DNA of 64,000 bases from Octopus vulgaris (taxonomy: Eukaryota): NCBI GenBank assembly GCA_951406725.2, contig OX597828.1:65410001-65474000 (forward strand), given 5' to 3'. A program made the translations under genes and the position numbers. This document shows positions 1 to 13,170 of the stretch, piece by piece. How positions within the stretch are numbered: position 1 is the stretch's first letter; each line of letters opens with the position of its first letter. Below the pieces are notes generated by a model, which made no database searches, was not told the DNA's origin, and saw nothing but the letters and a program-made list of their open reading frames with translations.

Positions 1-148
1 CCTTGTGCTAGAAAGAGCAGTGGAAAACTCAAAACACTAATTAGGATAAATTCTCGAAAGGAATGAAAATTAAAAACATTTTCATTCCTTTCGAGAATTT
101 ATCCCTAATTAGTGTTTTGAGTTTTCTACTGCTCTTTCTAGCACAAGG
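1..148. repeat. Long near-perfect inverted repeat (hairpin), ~70-bp arms, 7-nt loop; may extend left of the window
   Basis: 1-70 is the reverse complement of 78-148 with one mismatch and a 1-nt indel; loop TAAAAAC. Confidence 0.95.
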
Positions 149-302
149 CTTTCCTATGATGGAAGCCTCTTAATGTGTTTTAATTTACACGATATCTTAT
201 ATGAATAATATATAGTCTACTGACTAATTTTTTTTGTGTTAGGCCACTGGTAATATTAATTTCTATAATTCTTATTACCCTAATATTATTTATTATGTTT
301 AA

Positions 303-342
<40 letters not shown>

Positions 343-625
343 CTACACGCACACACACGCATACACACACACACCCGCACGAACACTCAGACATATACAC
401 ATAAACACACTTCAATCGGTTGACATATTAACTAGATAGAATTTATGAAAAACGATCAGATGTAAATGGGACAAATAAATCAGTGTTTTGAGAAATTTTA
501 AGTCTCTGCGTGGGGTGGTATGTATGTTTATGATACAGATGATATAATAAGCATATGTCCAACGAACGGGAACGTGAAACTCAGAGTAACAGGTTTTGTT
601 GAATTTTCTGCTGCTTTTAAATAAA

Positions 626-632
<7 letters not shown>

Positions 633-719
<87 letters not shown>
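633..719. repeat. (TG)n microsatellite, representative of many (e.g. 2353, 3560, 4590, 63740)
   Basis: Direct reading; explains the VCVC/HTHT ORFs. Confidence 0.99.
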
Positions 720-1210
720 AAGCAAGTCCTAGCACTGCAATCCCTCTTTCAGAGCTTCCTTTCAATTGGCAAACTTCCAAGCAAGCTGAAGGAGGGTAAA
801 ATATGCCTTATTCATATAGGAGGTAGCAGAGCAGAGGCCAAAAACTATAGACCTATCTCTCTGACCTCGCACATCAGCAAAGTCATGGAACGAATAGTCA
901 GAAGAAAATTAATCACCTCCCTTTAGGTAAATGACTTGCTGACTGACACTCAACTTGGTTTCCAACCAAGAAGAAGCTGCCTGACTCAGCACTTACAACT
1001 CTGTGACTGGGTGCTGAAATAGCTGCGCAACCATTCAAATGTGGAAGTGATATATCTCTACTTTGCAAGGGCCTTTGATAAAGTCGATCATGGAATGATA
1101 TGCCACAAACTGCGCGATCTCGGCATAGTCGGAAAACTGGGAGAATGGCTACTTGACTTTTTGAAGAATAGAAGTCAGGTGGTAGTAGCCAATGGGGCCA
1201 CCTCTAACGA
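720..1210 (+). mobile_element. Decayed CR1/L2/Jockey-group LINE reverse-transcriptase fragment
   Basis: Motifs NYRPISLTSHISKVMERIV and YLYFARAFDKVDH...KL...GI.G...W..DFL.NR.Q.V, with in-frame stops. Confidence 0.9.
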
Positions 1211-1215
1211 GCAGG

Positions 1216-1482
1216 TTCTCGGGTTGCAGTCATCAGTACATTGGACAAACGAGTTTAACTTTGAGGAAGAGAATCACTCTGCATAAGGAGCAAATCCGTT
1301 TCCCACAATACAGATAAATTCCTCTTAGTGAACACATAGAAAAATGTGCAGGTAACATCAAACCAAATTCTACAGTCTTCCCTTTCTATCAGTACAAAGA
1401 CACAATCTCTCAACTAGAACGCTTAAATAAAGAAGCTTTTTTCATTGAAAAATACAAAACGCGTCTTAATAAGCACGCATAA
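1216..1482 (+). mobile_element. Penelope-like element GIY-YIG endonuclease C-terminal fragment (not in the ORF track)
   Basis: Manual translation: FSGCSHQYIGQTSLTLRKRITLHKEQIRFPQYR*IPLSEHIEKCAGN...LERLNKEAFFIEKYKTRLNKHA*; has YIG, conserved R, E and terminal LN; one internal stop. Confidence 0.85.
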
Positions 1483-1709
1483 CCAATTTTTTTTATTTTT
1501 ACATATTACATCACTGTACATAAATCCCCTGCTAAACAAGGCCCCTTTTTTTAAACCTGTCTCCTTTCTGTACACATATTTATTCCCCACCCAAAACCTA
1601 AAGAGTTATCTCCCTTACACACAACAATATCAATAATAACAACCAATACAAACACACATGGACCCAATTTCTTCTTAAGAAAAAATATTTTTTCATATAA
1701 ATCAAACAT

Positions 1710-1746
1710 TGTATCATGAATAGCGATTGCGAAACCGGTCGATACA
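1710..1746 (+). ncRNA. Degenerate minimal type I hammerhead ribozyme downstream of the PLE fragment
   Basis: TGTATC-aTGAAtA-GC gatt GC-GAAA-CCGG-TC-GATACA; 6-bp stem I, palindromic loop 3, two core substitutions versus CUGANGA. Confidence 0.7.
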
Positions 1747-1800
1747 TTAAAAATTATACTATAACCATGTAAGTGTGCGTATTTTCCGTTTTTATTTTCT

Positions 1801-1851
<51 letters not shown>

Positions 1852-1875
1852 ATATCTATATATATTCATATATTC

Positions 1876-1927
<52 letters not shown>

Positions 1928-2104
1928 GTATGTATATTCATATATTTATATATATTAATATACAGTTGCAAAAAGGTTAGAGATCTATACAAATCAATCT
2001 TTTATATATAAAAGATAGAGGTGGAAATAGCATAGAAGTAAGTTTTTTACATTGCAATGTAAGAGGAAATTTAATAAAGAATTATTAAAAAAATATATAG
2101 AAGA

Positions 2105-2154
2105 TTTTACTGGTTTCGATGTATGTCATCTTAAAATGTATCTCATCAGTAAAA
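2105..2154 (-). ncRNA. Hammerhead-like motif, intact core boxes, weak stem I
   Basis: Minus strand: tttta CTGATGA GAT...ATC GAAA CCAG TA aaa. Confidence 0.5.
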
Positions 2155-2351
2155 ATTCATAAAAAATTGAAGTAAAAACAGTTTATCTTCTGTCTAGTGT
2201 TCAAGAACATTGAAGTTTTCTGAAAATATAGTTTGGTGTAGAGTTCAAAGTGGTGGAGAGTGAGAGAAGGGGTGTCTAATGTCTAACAAAAATCTTTGTG
2301 TGTTCCTGCCAAAGGAGTAGCTAAAAAGCATTGAATGGGTTTTATGTCCAC

Positions 2352-2413
<62 letters not shown>

Positions 2414-2815
2414 GTGTGTGTGTGTTGTGTTGAATGTCCTTTCAGTATCTTTTGGAAAATGGTGAGCTGTGAATTGATGGGTGTGTATGTTGTGAAGAAT
2501 GTCTTCTTATGCAGGGTCACCAGCTGTATGTATGTGCGTGTGTTCGTGTGTGTGTGTGAATATGTGTGTGCTTGTGCGTGAGTGAGTGTGTTTTTTACGA
2601 TGTTTTTTTTTGTGTGTATGTGTGTGTTTGTGTGTGTACAGAATTGTATGTGTTTTTGTGATGTTTTCTTTTTTTGTGTACATGTTTATGTTTGTGTGTG
2701 TGTGTGTGATTGTGTGTGTGCGTGAGTGTGTGTGTGTCTATTTGTGTGTGTTCCGGCATATATGAATATTAGAAAAAAATTTAGCAAATGATGGGAAGTA
2801 TTTTTCAAAATGAAA

Positions 2816-3046
2816 GGCGGCGAGCTGGCAGAAACGTTAGCACGCCGGGCGAAATGCTTAGCATTATTTCGTCTACCGCTACGTTCTGAGTTCAAATTCC
2901 ACCGAGGTCGACTTTGCCTTTTATCCTTTCGGGGTCAATAAATTAAGTACCAGTTACGCACTGGGGTCGATGTAATCGACTTAATCCGTTTGTCTGTCCT
3001 TGTTCTTCCCCTCTGTGTTTAGCCCCTTGTGGATAGTAAAGAAATA
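2816..3046 (+). mobile_element. tRNA-derived SINE family 1, full length, long tail
   Basis: A-box-like TGGCAGAAACGTTAG, B-box GAGTTCAAATTCC, central CCTTTCGGGGTC; near-identical copies across the window. Confidence 0.93.
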
Positions 3047-3573
3047 AGTATTTCTCAAAATGATAATTATAAATGATAACGTGTTGAGGGATCCTCGGCG
3101 GAACATAGTTTATAATAGCTACCGTGTCTAATGATATTATTTCCATGTGTATTTGCATACACGCCAATCCCAGCTGCTATCCATGAGCGACAAAATACTT
3201 TTTTTTTAGCTTATCGAACTTCGGTATGGGAAATATTTACACCCCCTTTACGGGAATAAACCACTATTGCCCTTGAAAGTGTTCTACACCTTCTACGAAC
3301 TTCTCGAAGCTCAGTAACTTGCTATACCTTGATCCTTGGATCTTACCTTTACATACATACATATATATATGGATCTGGATGCACATAAAGCTATAAGTAA
3401 TAAAAATGTAAATATTGGGTTGAATAACCTTTTAGGATAGAAAATGTTAAATGCAGTCCTATTATATATGGGTTTATGTGCTTCGAGATCCACTCTACCA
3501 AAGAAGAACTATTTTAAGAGTTTCTTAATGTTTATAAAATCCGTATGATGTATATACTTGTGTGTGTATGTGT

Positions 3574-3651
<78 letters not shown>

Positions 3652-3653
<2 letters not shown>

Positions 3654-3924
3654 TCCGATCAACAGAGCAGCCTGCTAGTGAAATCAACGTGCAAGTGTTT
3701 GAGCACTCCACAGGCACGTGTACCCTTAACGTAGTTCTCAGGGATATTCAGCGTGACACAGAATGTGAGAAGGCTGGTTCTTTGAAATAGAGATACTAAT
3801 TTTTGCCAGCTGGATGGGCTGGAGTAACGGGAAACAAAGTGTCTTGCTCAAGGACACGACGCTTCGGAAAGTGAACTCACAACCTCACGATCGTCAGCCG
3901 AATACTCTAAACAGTAAGCCACGT
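3652..3924 (-). mobile_element. SINE family 3 (tRNA-like head plus CORE-like segment)
   Basis: Minus strand GTGTCCTTGAGCAAGACAC; homologous to 33005-33310 (+) and 49630-49780 (-). Confidence 0.8.
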
Positions 3925-4194
3925 CCAAGAGAAAATATTAAGATATGACCAGCATAGTGTCCAGATTAAATCAAGAAACTCTGAAACTCACACTGTCCAA
4001 CAGGTGAAGCGCAAATAACTTCATGTCTTGAAAAGGAACGAAATCTAGGATACTCCTATTAATATTCTATATATCGCTGGTGAGGTGATGAGTCGCTGCT
4101 ATCTCTAGCGGCCGAGCGTCCATCATTGACAAAATAAGGAAGGTCGAAATCACGTGATATGACGGTCTCGTCGCTGAGGTGGCGGGGATTTAAA

Positions 4195-4425
4195 GGCGGC
4201 GAACTGGCAGAAACGTTAGCACGCCGGGCGAAATGCTTAGCATTATTTCGTCTGCCGCTACGTTCTGAGTTCAAATTCCGCCGAGGTCGACTTTGCCTTT
4301 CATCCTTTCGGGATCGATAAATTAAGTACCAGTTACGCACTGGGGTCGATGTAATCGGCTTAATCCGTTTGTCTGTCCTTGTTTGTCCTCTCTACGTTTA
4401 GCCCCTTGTGGGCAATAAAGAAATA
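4195..4425 (+). mobile_element. SINE family 1, full length
   Basis: Matches 2816-3046. Confidence 0.93.
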
Positions 4426-4544
4426 GGGAATTTATTTCCCCGCTAGCGATATAAACAATGCATTTTGCATCAAAAGCCCATATGGGAACTCATACGGTAA
4501 CCACTGCAGCATAGTTCGTTTTAGCAGAACATCCACGTTTAAGC

Positions 4545-4597
4545 CTTCTGAGTAGATTTTGTCGACAGAAATTGAAAGAAACCCGTCGTGTATGTAG

Positions 4598-4659
<62 letters not shown>

Positions 4660-4885
4660 GTGTGTTTTTTTCTTTGTATCTATGTTTATCCCCCACCACC
4701 ACCACCACTACTTGACAACCGGTGCTGTTGTGTTTACATCCCCGTAACTTAGTGGTTCGGCAAAAGATACTGATAGAATTAGTACGAGGCTTCGAAACTT
4801 AGTCCCGGAGTGGATTTGTTCAACTTCAAGGCGTTGCCCAAGTATGGCCGCAGAGAAATTACGGGAACAAGTAAATCATAAAAGA
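4545..4885 (+). mobile_element. SINE family 2, 5'-truncated, with internal (TG)n
   Basis: Matches the 3' two-thirds of 8093-8506. Confidence 0.8.
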
Positions 4886-5249
4886 AACGATAACAAAAAA
4901 CCTTTCAAGTGAAGTTGAAATCTTATTAAAACAGAGTAGTTTCGCAGTTTTTACTTCCATCTCGCTAAGTTCTTGCGATCAATTGCAGAGACTAAATCCG
5001 CTAGATAGGAATTCTAAATGTAAAGTGAGTGATTTGGACAGTTGGAGACTGACAGTTCTGACTATTATGTTTTCTTTGCAGTGTTTCTTCCCATAACAAT
5101 CTCATACTATCCGTAATGTCTTTGTCGCTAAGCGACCCGTGTTTTGTTTTTTCTTTATTATTATTTTTTTATGCAGATTACATTTCTTTTCGTTTTACCA
5201 CGTTTGGCTTGATTAGGTTTCAGCCCAATATCTGTGGATTGATGGGTGA

Positions 5250-6020
5250 TGTGTTCTGCTCGCTTTCTGTATGTATGCATTTATGTACGTGTGTATGTAT
5301 GTATGTGTGTGTGTGTGTATGTGTGTATGCATGCATGCATGTACGTATGCATGTATATGTGCATGCATGTATGTATGCGCATGTATGTATTATGTTTGTA
5401 TGGGTGTGTGTTTATGTAGGCATGTATGTATGTAGGCATGTATGTATGTAGGCATGTATGTATGTAGGCATGTATGTATGTAGGCATGTATGTGTGTGTA
5501 TGTATGTATGCATTATGTATGCATATGTATGTGAATACATGTATGTATGTGTATGCATGTTTTTATGTGTATGTAGGTATGTACGTATATATATATATAT
5601 ATATATGTATGCGTGTATGTGTGCATGTGTGCATGTGTGTATGTATGTATGTATGTATGTATGTATGCGTGTATGTGTGCATGTGTGCATGTTTATGTAT
5701 ATGCATGTATGTGTAGGCATCTATTTATGTGTATGTATGTTTTTATGTGTATGTATGTGTGCGTATGTATGCATATATTTATGTGTATATGAATGTATGC
5801 AAGTAAGTGTATGTTTGAATGTGTGTGCGTGTGTGTATGCATGTGTGTATGCGTGTATGTATGTATTAGGTAGGTAGGTAGGTAGGTAGTTAGGTACGTA
5901 CGTACATTCGTAGGCTCGTAGGCTCGTAGGTACGTACGTACGTACGTACGTTGGTACGTACGCAGGTGAGTGGGTATGTATGTAGGTAGGTAGGTAGGTA
6001 GGGAGGTTGGTAGATAGGTA
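5250..6020. repeat. Compound (TATG)/(TG)/(GGTA)/(TACG) low-complexity array
   Basis: Direct reading. Confidence 0.95.
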
Positions 6021-7169
6021 AGTTATAATCGCATAGGCAATGTGTATCGAACTAACAAGAAGACTTCAACGCAGCCAAAACTTGCAGCTAAATTTTCCTC
6101 AAATCACGCCCTACACTTTGGAGAAAAAGGAAAGGAATACAGACTGGGAAAATGTAGTAATTAACATACAAAAAGGTGGGATAGACACGGGTGGAACACT
6201 TTCCATCATAAGTTTTCTAGATATGCGTCTACCTAGGGTAAACAACAGCATCAATATCAAAGAAGTACACGTAGATGTATGCATAAATATGTATTTACGT
6301 TTGTTTTTTGTATGCATGTATCGAATAGACTTAACAGGAAGAGACATTCATATTTGCATAATCATCCAATGCATTAACTCAAACGACGTCACAAATTCTA
6401 GAAGAAGCCATTAACTCTATTTAAAAAATCACCGCTGGATCTCAAACAAATATTGGTTAAAACAAAATAATAAAATAACAAGTTATTTACTTGAATAATT
6501 ACAATATGCGTATTTCATTATACAACAGGTGATCTTGCTTTCTTCTTTAGCAAAACCGATGCATAAAAGAGAATATAAAGGAAACCATTATTTCAGTTGA
6601 AAATTACTTCCGAATTATGAGACATATTTTGTTGTCTGTTTTTGTTTCGTTTTTCTTTTTTCTCCTTTTTTGTGCTTTTTATGTTTTTAATAATTTCTTT
6701 CTTTTATTATTGATAGTTTATGTTTTGTTACCTTCCATGTTGCTTTTATTGTGGTTGATGGTTTCTGCTGTGTTACTGCTACTACTCCTGCTAATATTGT
6801 TACTCATGAGGAAGATTATCTTGTTGTAACTGAAGTTTTGTGGTGTTGCAAGTAGCCCTGATGGCGGTGTTTATTTCGAAATTCAGAGAACCATGTTTTC
6901 AAAAGATTAGAAGAGCTAGTCTTAATTTACCATGTTTATAATAAGTATATGTACAGAATTGAATTCTTGTTAAAACAACACACTGATAACAAGCAATAGG
7001 GGAGATATTTGTATTTTATCAGATGATTCACCCGGCTACGTAACTCGCTCCTTATTTTGAATCACATGAGCAAAGAATAATACCTAATCCTTACAAGTCC
7101 ACTGACAATGTAATTTTACAGATACCTACAAAATATTTCACGAAGATTGGACAAAAATTAACTCATACG

Positions 7170-7631
7170 TACGAGAATGAGCTGAGAAGTTCGTTGGCCG
7201 ACTAAGGAGTTACAAAAGTCTATCAAGACCAAATGGCCAGGAAAACTGACAAAAGGGTTTTGTTTCATCAGGGCAATACTCCAGCACACAAGTCTTCGAT
7301 TTCAATGGTTGTTGTGCATGACTGTGGCTTTGAACTGATTAATCAACCTCCCTATTCTCCTTATTTGACTCATCTGACTCTCATCTGTTCCCCATGAAAA
7401 AACATTTGGCTGGGAACCAGCACTGTAGTGGTGATGACATCATATCGGATGTTGATGACTGTTTTGACCAACAGGATGGAACCTTCTTCATAAATGGAAA
7501 CAATGCACTACAACACCAATGGAAGAAATGTGTGGGCTGCAAGGGAGACTATGTTGAAAAATAAACCTCATTTGGTCACATTCCATGAAAGTATCTTGAT
7601 CAGCCTATGAACTTTTCAGCCGACCTTCGTA
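7170..7631 (+). mobile_element. Internally deleted mariner transposon with both TIRs and TA target duplication
   Basis: Left TA-CGAGAATGAGCTGAGAAGTTC versus right GAACTTTTCAGCCGACCTTCG-TA; decayed LFHQ.N.PAH, PPYSP and QWKKCV..KGDYVEK* motifs. Confidence 0.92.
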
Positions 7632-8092
7632 TTAATATATTTTCAAATATTTTTATAGACAACGCAAAATATGTAGCTAAACTACAGATGAAGTACAGAG
7701 GACTCAGTGACTGAAACATTCGTTATATCTAATATTACATTTTAGAGTAAGGCGACGAGCTTAGTAATTAGTCTGAAAGAGAAAATTAGATATAAATTTA
7801 GTAGCGGAACATTATAACAATACCGAATATATATATAAAATAACAATGAAAGTCGACATATTTTTTTAACTGTTGATGATGCACAAAAAAATAATTTCAT
7901 TTTCGAAATCAGCAGAAAAACATGGATTGATAAACAATAAAAAAAAATACAATAAACAAATTTTTTTTTGAAAATTGTTACGCTGTGTAATGCAAAGTAA
8001 TCTTTACTACACCAAATTCTATGTCAGTTTTGAGACAGCAGAAGTTGTCCAAATCAGTTCTTTCATTAAACAAGTCCTACATTATGCAATTC

Positions 8093-8506
8093 TCTTTCTC
8101 TCTTTTACTTGTTTCAGTCATTTGACTGCGGCCATGCTGGAGCACCGCCTTTAGTCGAGCAAATCGACCCCGGGACTTATTCTTTATAAGCCCAGTACTT
8201 ATTCTATCGGTCTCTTTTGCCGAACCACTAAATGACGGGGATGTAAACACACCAGCATCGGTTGTCAAGCAATGCTAGAGGGACAAACACAAACACACAA
8301 ACATATACACACACATACATATATATATATATATACATATATACCTCAGCCTTCTTTCAGTTTCCGTCTACCAAATCCACTCACAAGGCTTTGGTCGGCC
8401 CGTGGCTATAGTAGAAGACACTTGCCCAAGATGCCACGCAGTGGGACTGAACCCGGAACCATGTGGCTGGTTAGCAAGCTACTTACCACACAGCCACTCC
8501 TGCGCC
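8093..8506 (-). mobile_element. SINE family 2 (tRNA head, CORE-like domain, internal TA/TG microsatellite), full length
   Basis: Minus strand GGCGCAGGAGTGGCTGTGTGGTAAG, B-box GGGTTCAGTCCC, CORE-like CTTGGGCAAGTGTCTTC; about ten copies in the window. Confidence 0.92.
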
Positions 8507-9277
8507 TATGTGTCGCTTTTTCTCTTTTCTAAGTAGGATTTGATTTTCGACAGTATTGGGCGTTATTTCTAGCAAGGCGAGGACTCGTCGTCATCGTAGC
8601 AGCAGCAGCAGCAGGAGTAGCAACGGAACGAGGTGTTAGGATTAGAGATGTAGTTTTCATTGTTCTTGTTACACTCAGGTTAAGTCTTGTCGATCAGACA
8701 AATGACCTAATCGTTCCAGATGTGACCAGCTCGTCTTTTTAAGGATATGTATAATTAACGTCATCTAATGCCTTCCAAGATTTTACGATAGTAGTCTGAG
8801 ATTCGAAGGGAATTTGGCTGCTATTTCTAGCGCGTCGAGCGGCCGCATAGATTCTCATTCGTGAGAGGACACAATAGAAGTTGCTGCTGCTGGTGATGAT
8901 GATGATGATGATGATGATGCCTTTGCTGCTGCTACTACTGCTGCTACTGCTGCTGCTGCTGCTATTTTGCCCGAGATCGACTATCACTCAGTATATTTTA
9001 TGATGGCGATTATCCAGTGTTTTCTTTTCAAAACCTACATTTAGTGCTACATTATTCGATGTATCTTCCTATTTCTTAAGAGGGTAGGATGTAAGTGAAA
9101 TTTTGTTGCTATTTCTAGCATGCCGAGTGACTACTTTAAAGGTCACTCGAATATTACTAACTTTTTCAACTGGCTTAAGTAAATATTTATTTTTTTATTT
9201 TTTATATATCAGTACCAAGTATATTATGGTATCCAGTCTTCCCAATACCATACAATATTATATGCACGCCTGGCAAA

Positions 9278-9450
9278 ATACTTAAGGCATTTCATCCGTC
9301 TTTTCATTCTGAGTACAAATTCCACCGAGCTCGACTTTGCCTTTCATCCTTTAGGGGTCGATGAAATAAGTACCAGTTGCGTAATAGGGTCGATGTAATC
9401 AACTCATCTCCTTCCTTGAAACTACTGGGCTCGTGCTAAAATTCGAAATC
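9278..9450 (+). mobile_element. SINE family 1, partial, short-tail variant
   Basis: Homology to the family 1 body. Confidence 0.8.
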
Positions 9451-10336
9451 AATATTATATACGGACATGGTAACATCATAACTGGCAATATACATTCAAC
9501 AATTCTTATAACTCTTTTTAAGTCACGTTTCCAACTGGGATTTATGTCTCACTAACGTTTCAATGAACTAAGCGTGATTGTTTTCGTGTTTACTTTGAAA
9601 CTGATTTTAAATTCTGAGGTTTTGCTTCTGTTACTGAACATGATAAAATTACTTTTCGTGATTTTCTCTAATTCAGTAAATTCTTAAACCTCTTGGTGAT
9701 AGTAGACGTTCGTTAATTCACATGTTTATCAAGAAGACATTTTTTTCCCTTCGAAATGTTTCCTCATATCTTTGCACTGATTGATTCTTTTTTTTTTCTT
9801 ACTGTTAACTAACAATGAATGTTTAGGAACATATCTTTAGGATACGAAGTTCGAAGAGTTCCATATTTATTAAAGATTTAAGAATTTCCAGTAATCAGAA
9901 ATATTTTGGTTGATATTCATGTGGCTTGGTTAAGGAACGAAGGATAACATCTATGGCCGTTTCCAAACTCATTGAAGGAGCAGAGTATGTTATTCTCAGA
10001 CAAGAGATTCAGCCTAATCAAGTGCAACAGAGTTGAGTCTTCTAACGGTACCTAAGAGCTATATCGAAGTTTTAAACTCCTACTCAAAGACTTTGAAGAT
10101 ATAACATTATAATGATCCTTCTTGTATCACAAGGGTCGTCCTAAAAGATCAACAACTTTAAAAACTTATGCAACACATCGACTTGTTTTATGATTTTGTA
10201 ACTTGCTTTTAGTATATTTGTGTGTGTTGTGTATATCTGTATGAGTGTCGGTATGAGTTTATTTATGTTTGCATGTTTATCAATGTATGTAAGGTATAAA
10301 CACTCCGATATATTATATGCAATACAATATATTGTA

Positions 10337-10562
10337 GGCAAGCTGGGAGAAACGGTAGCGCGCGGGCGAAATGCTTAGCGGTATTTCGTCTGCCGTTACG
10401 TTCTGAGTTCAAATTCCGCCAAAATCGACTTTACCTTTCATCCTTTCGGGGTCGATAAATTAAGTACCAGTTACGTACTGGGGTCGATGTAATCGACTTA
10501 ATCCGTTTGTCTGTCCTTGTTTGTCCCCTCTGTGTTTAGCCCCTTGTGGGTAGTAAATAAAT
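10337..10562 (+). mobile_element. SINE family 1, full length, long tail
   Basis: Matches 2816-3046. Confidence 0.92.
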
Positions 10563-12155
10563 AGATATATTGTATGCAACAAAATATAACAATATATTAT
10601 ATGCAACGAAAAACATTTTACTTTATATGTATTCTATAACTAATAATACGGATTATAACTAGTAATACAGGTGATAGCTATTAACACAGTTTATGTACAT
10701 TTGTACGACTCCGTAAGTTTGCATAAGCTTGAAGCTTGAAGATGTCACTTAATTTTAGCAATGATGAATAAGGAACTTTCGTAAATTCTTAGAAATTCAT
10801 ACATTCCTTTCGACGAGTATGTTTCAAGATCAATTGATTAATGAATGCTATATGGCTATCGAGGTACTCGATTCTTGTTACTAAACGATTCGATTGTTAT
10901 TGCTCTCTAGGAAGTCGAAACATTCTGTTAAAAGTCTCCTTACGTTTCTAATAAAACCGACTTTCACTCCGTTTTAATTGCTGTTGCTTTCTGACATAAA
11001 TCTATCAAGGTGTGTATGAGCAGGTATAGAAATTAAACAATCACCTTTCTCGCATACTGACAAGAATTATTAAAATTCTTAAATTATTTCTCTCACAAGC
11101 AAAAGCCCTTGAGCATACAGAAAATATTAATCAGGTGTGTCCAACGCTTTCAATTAATTCGGATGGTAAATTAGGTGTGTCCTAAATCCAATAACGGTTA
11201 TTTGGCTATATTAATTATTTATTAGGTAGATTTGAAACACGAGATTGTGGGAGATTGTATGTACATTTTGGGTTCGTTTTATTGAACGTTCGCAATTTAA
11301 TTAATAAAAGGGAATGTCATCAGATTCAGAAGTCACGTTAAGTGTAAAAAATCTCTTCAACATACTTTCATGATATATAGAGTTATTCTACATAATACAT
11401 TTATATCTGGTAAGGATAGGTTGTTAATATCAAGATTTAACTCTGCATTAGCACTCTATTTAGCTCACATTTTAATTCCTTTCCAAAATTATATATTTTA
11501 TATTTTACATTCCCAAATATCGACAAATGCAGGAATATAGTGGTCTGGTGCTATGCTGCAGTTAGTTACAAGTGGGTTTAAGAATAATAGGACTCTAAAC
11601 TTGTTAAATGCTGATAACATGGTTTCAAGAAATGTCTACAATTGTGTGAACATTTTGTGAGTAAAGGAATTGGTGTGTATGTAAGAGTGAGTGTGATTTA
11701 AAAATTTTTTTGCACGTTTGTGAAATGATATTCCTTGTACTATTTGGCTTATATTGTTTTAATGACACAAGGATTAATAGTTATACGGCCCTGGAACAAG
11801 AATTATGAAAGAGCAGTAAAATCCTCATGTGTGTATATATATACATATATAAAGAATACAGAATACAGCTAAAAACTGTATTAAATATAACCGTTAGCAG
11901 ATATGTATGAATAAACGTCCCCGTTTGGGTTGTATAGCGCAAGTGCACACGCTTGTACAAACTTATACGAAGATATCAGCATTCGCCCTGCGAGGTTTGG
12001 CGCACTTACACTCACGCAGCGAATTAAATACTTCGTGTTTATAAGAACAGCGAGGTTGCAGTTAATTCATCCATACCTGAACGGAAATTATGGTTATTAG
12101 TTTGGTTAACGATTTCTCAGATTCATTCTCACTGCATCGTGCGAAAGTCCATCAA

Positions 12156-12365
12156 GGTGGCGAACTGGCAGAAGCGTTGAACGCCGGGCGAAATGCTTAA
12201 CGGTATTTCGTCTGTCTTTACGTTCTGAGTTCAAATTCCGCTGAGGTCGACTTTGCCTTTCATCCTTTCGGAGTCGATAAATTAAGTACCAGTTGTGCAC
12301 TGGGGTTGATCTAATCGACTGGCTCCCTCCCCCAAAATTTCGGGCCTTGTGCCTAGAGTAGAAAA
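12156..12365 (+). mobile_element. SINE family 1, short-tail variant, abutting the end of a PLE fragment
   Basis: Family 1 body with tail CCCCCAAAATTTCGGGCCTTGTGCC. Confidence 0.9.
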
Positions 12366-12768
12366 GATTGTGCGAAAGTGCATTTATAAGCATCTAAACA
12401 TCTTGACAGTCTTTCAGAAATCCTATTAATGATCTCAGTGGTCCGGAAAATAGTCGGGAATTCCTCGGAACAGAGTCTGCATCTCCTGGAAAGGATATTA
12501 TACGGTTGTGCATGCCTTTTTATGGACCAAGTTAGATCATATTTAGATTTCTTTTCCTTAAGTCTCCACACAAAATCAGTCAAAGATGTCGAATGTTGAT
12601 TTTCTTGGAGCTGGCAACATGATTGTGATAACGATTCTTGAATGAATCAGATGTTGCTCCAATGTAAACGTACGGTCCTTCCCTTGTATATATGATGCAT
12701 TGAAGTGCAAGATTCTTACTCATACAAAGGTTCATCAACGGGTATTTTGTTTCTTCTCTGCATAAGCA
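12366..12768 (-). mobile_element. Penelope-like (Naiad-type) GIY-YIG endonuclease fragment
   Basis: CLCREETKYPLMNLCMSK...VYIGATSDSFKNRYHNH...STSLTDFVWRLKEK...W...RCRLC.EE...INRISE; CxC, YIG and CxxC layout. Confidence 0.85.
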
Positions 12769-12964
12769 TTAGATTTAGTGATGTAGCCAACACGCTGTTA
12801 CCGTGGTGGCTATATCACTATCATTGCCACTACCACGATGTGGCCGCAGCGGGTGTTTTTCATTCTGGTTGGTATTTCTTTTCTTAATGTTTTGATGTAT
12901 ATATTTGTTGTCTTTCGTCATAAGTTATAGTTCCAGTAGGTGGGTTATTCAACAGTTGGTAAAT

Positions 12965-13110
12965 CCATCTGATAAATCTAACAAGAATTTGGTCTGCCCA
13001 AGGTTACAGTAGAAAGAAGACACTTACGCAAGACCCCACGCCGTTGGACTGAACTCGGAACCATGTGGTTGAGAAGCAAACTTCTTACTACTCACCCACG
13101 CTTGCGGCTG
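12965..13110 (-). mobile_element. SINE family 2, 5' part, diverged
   Basis: Homology to 8350-8506. Confidence 0.7.
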
Positions 13111-13170
13111 TATTTGTGTTTGTGTGTGTATTTGTGTGTGCGCGCGCGCATGAATATATGCACCTATATA

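Noticed and set aside
2816-2900. tRNA-like sequences at SINE heads
   Set aside because: A and B boxes continue into SINE bodies; no complete cloverleaf, so not called tRNA genes.
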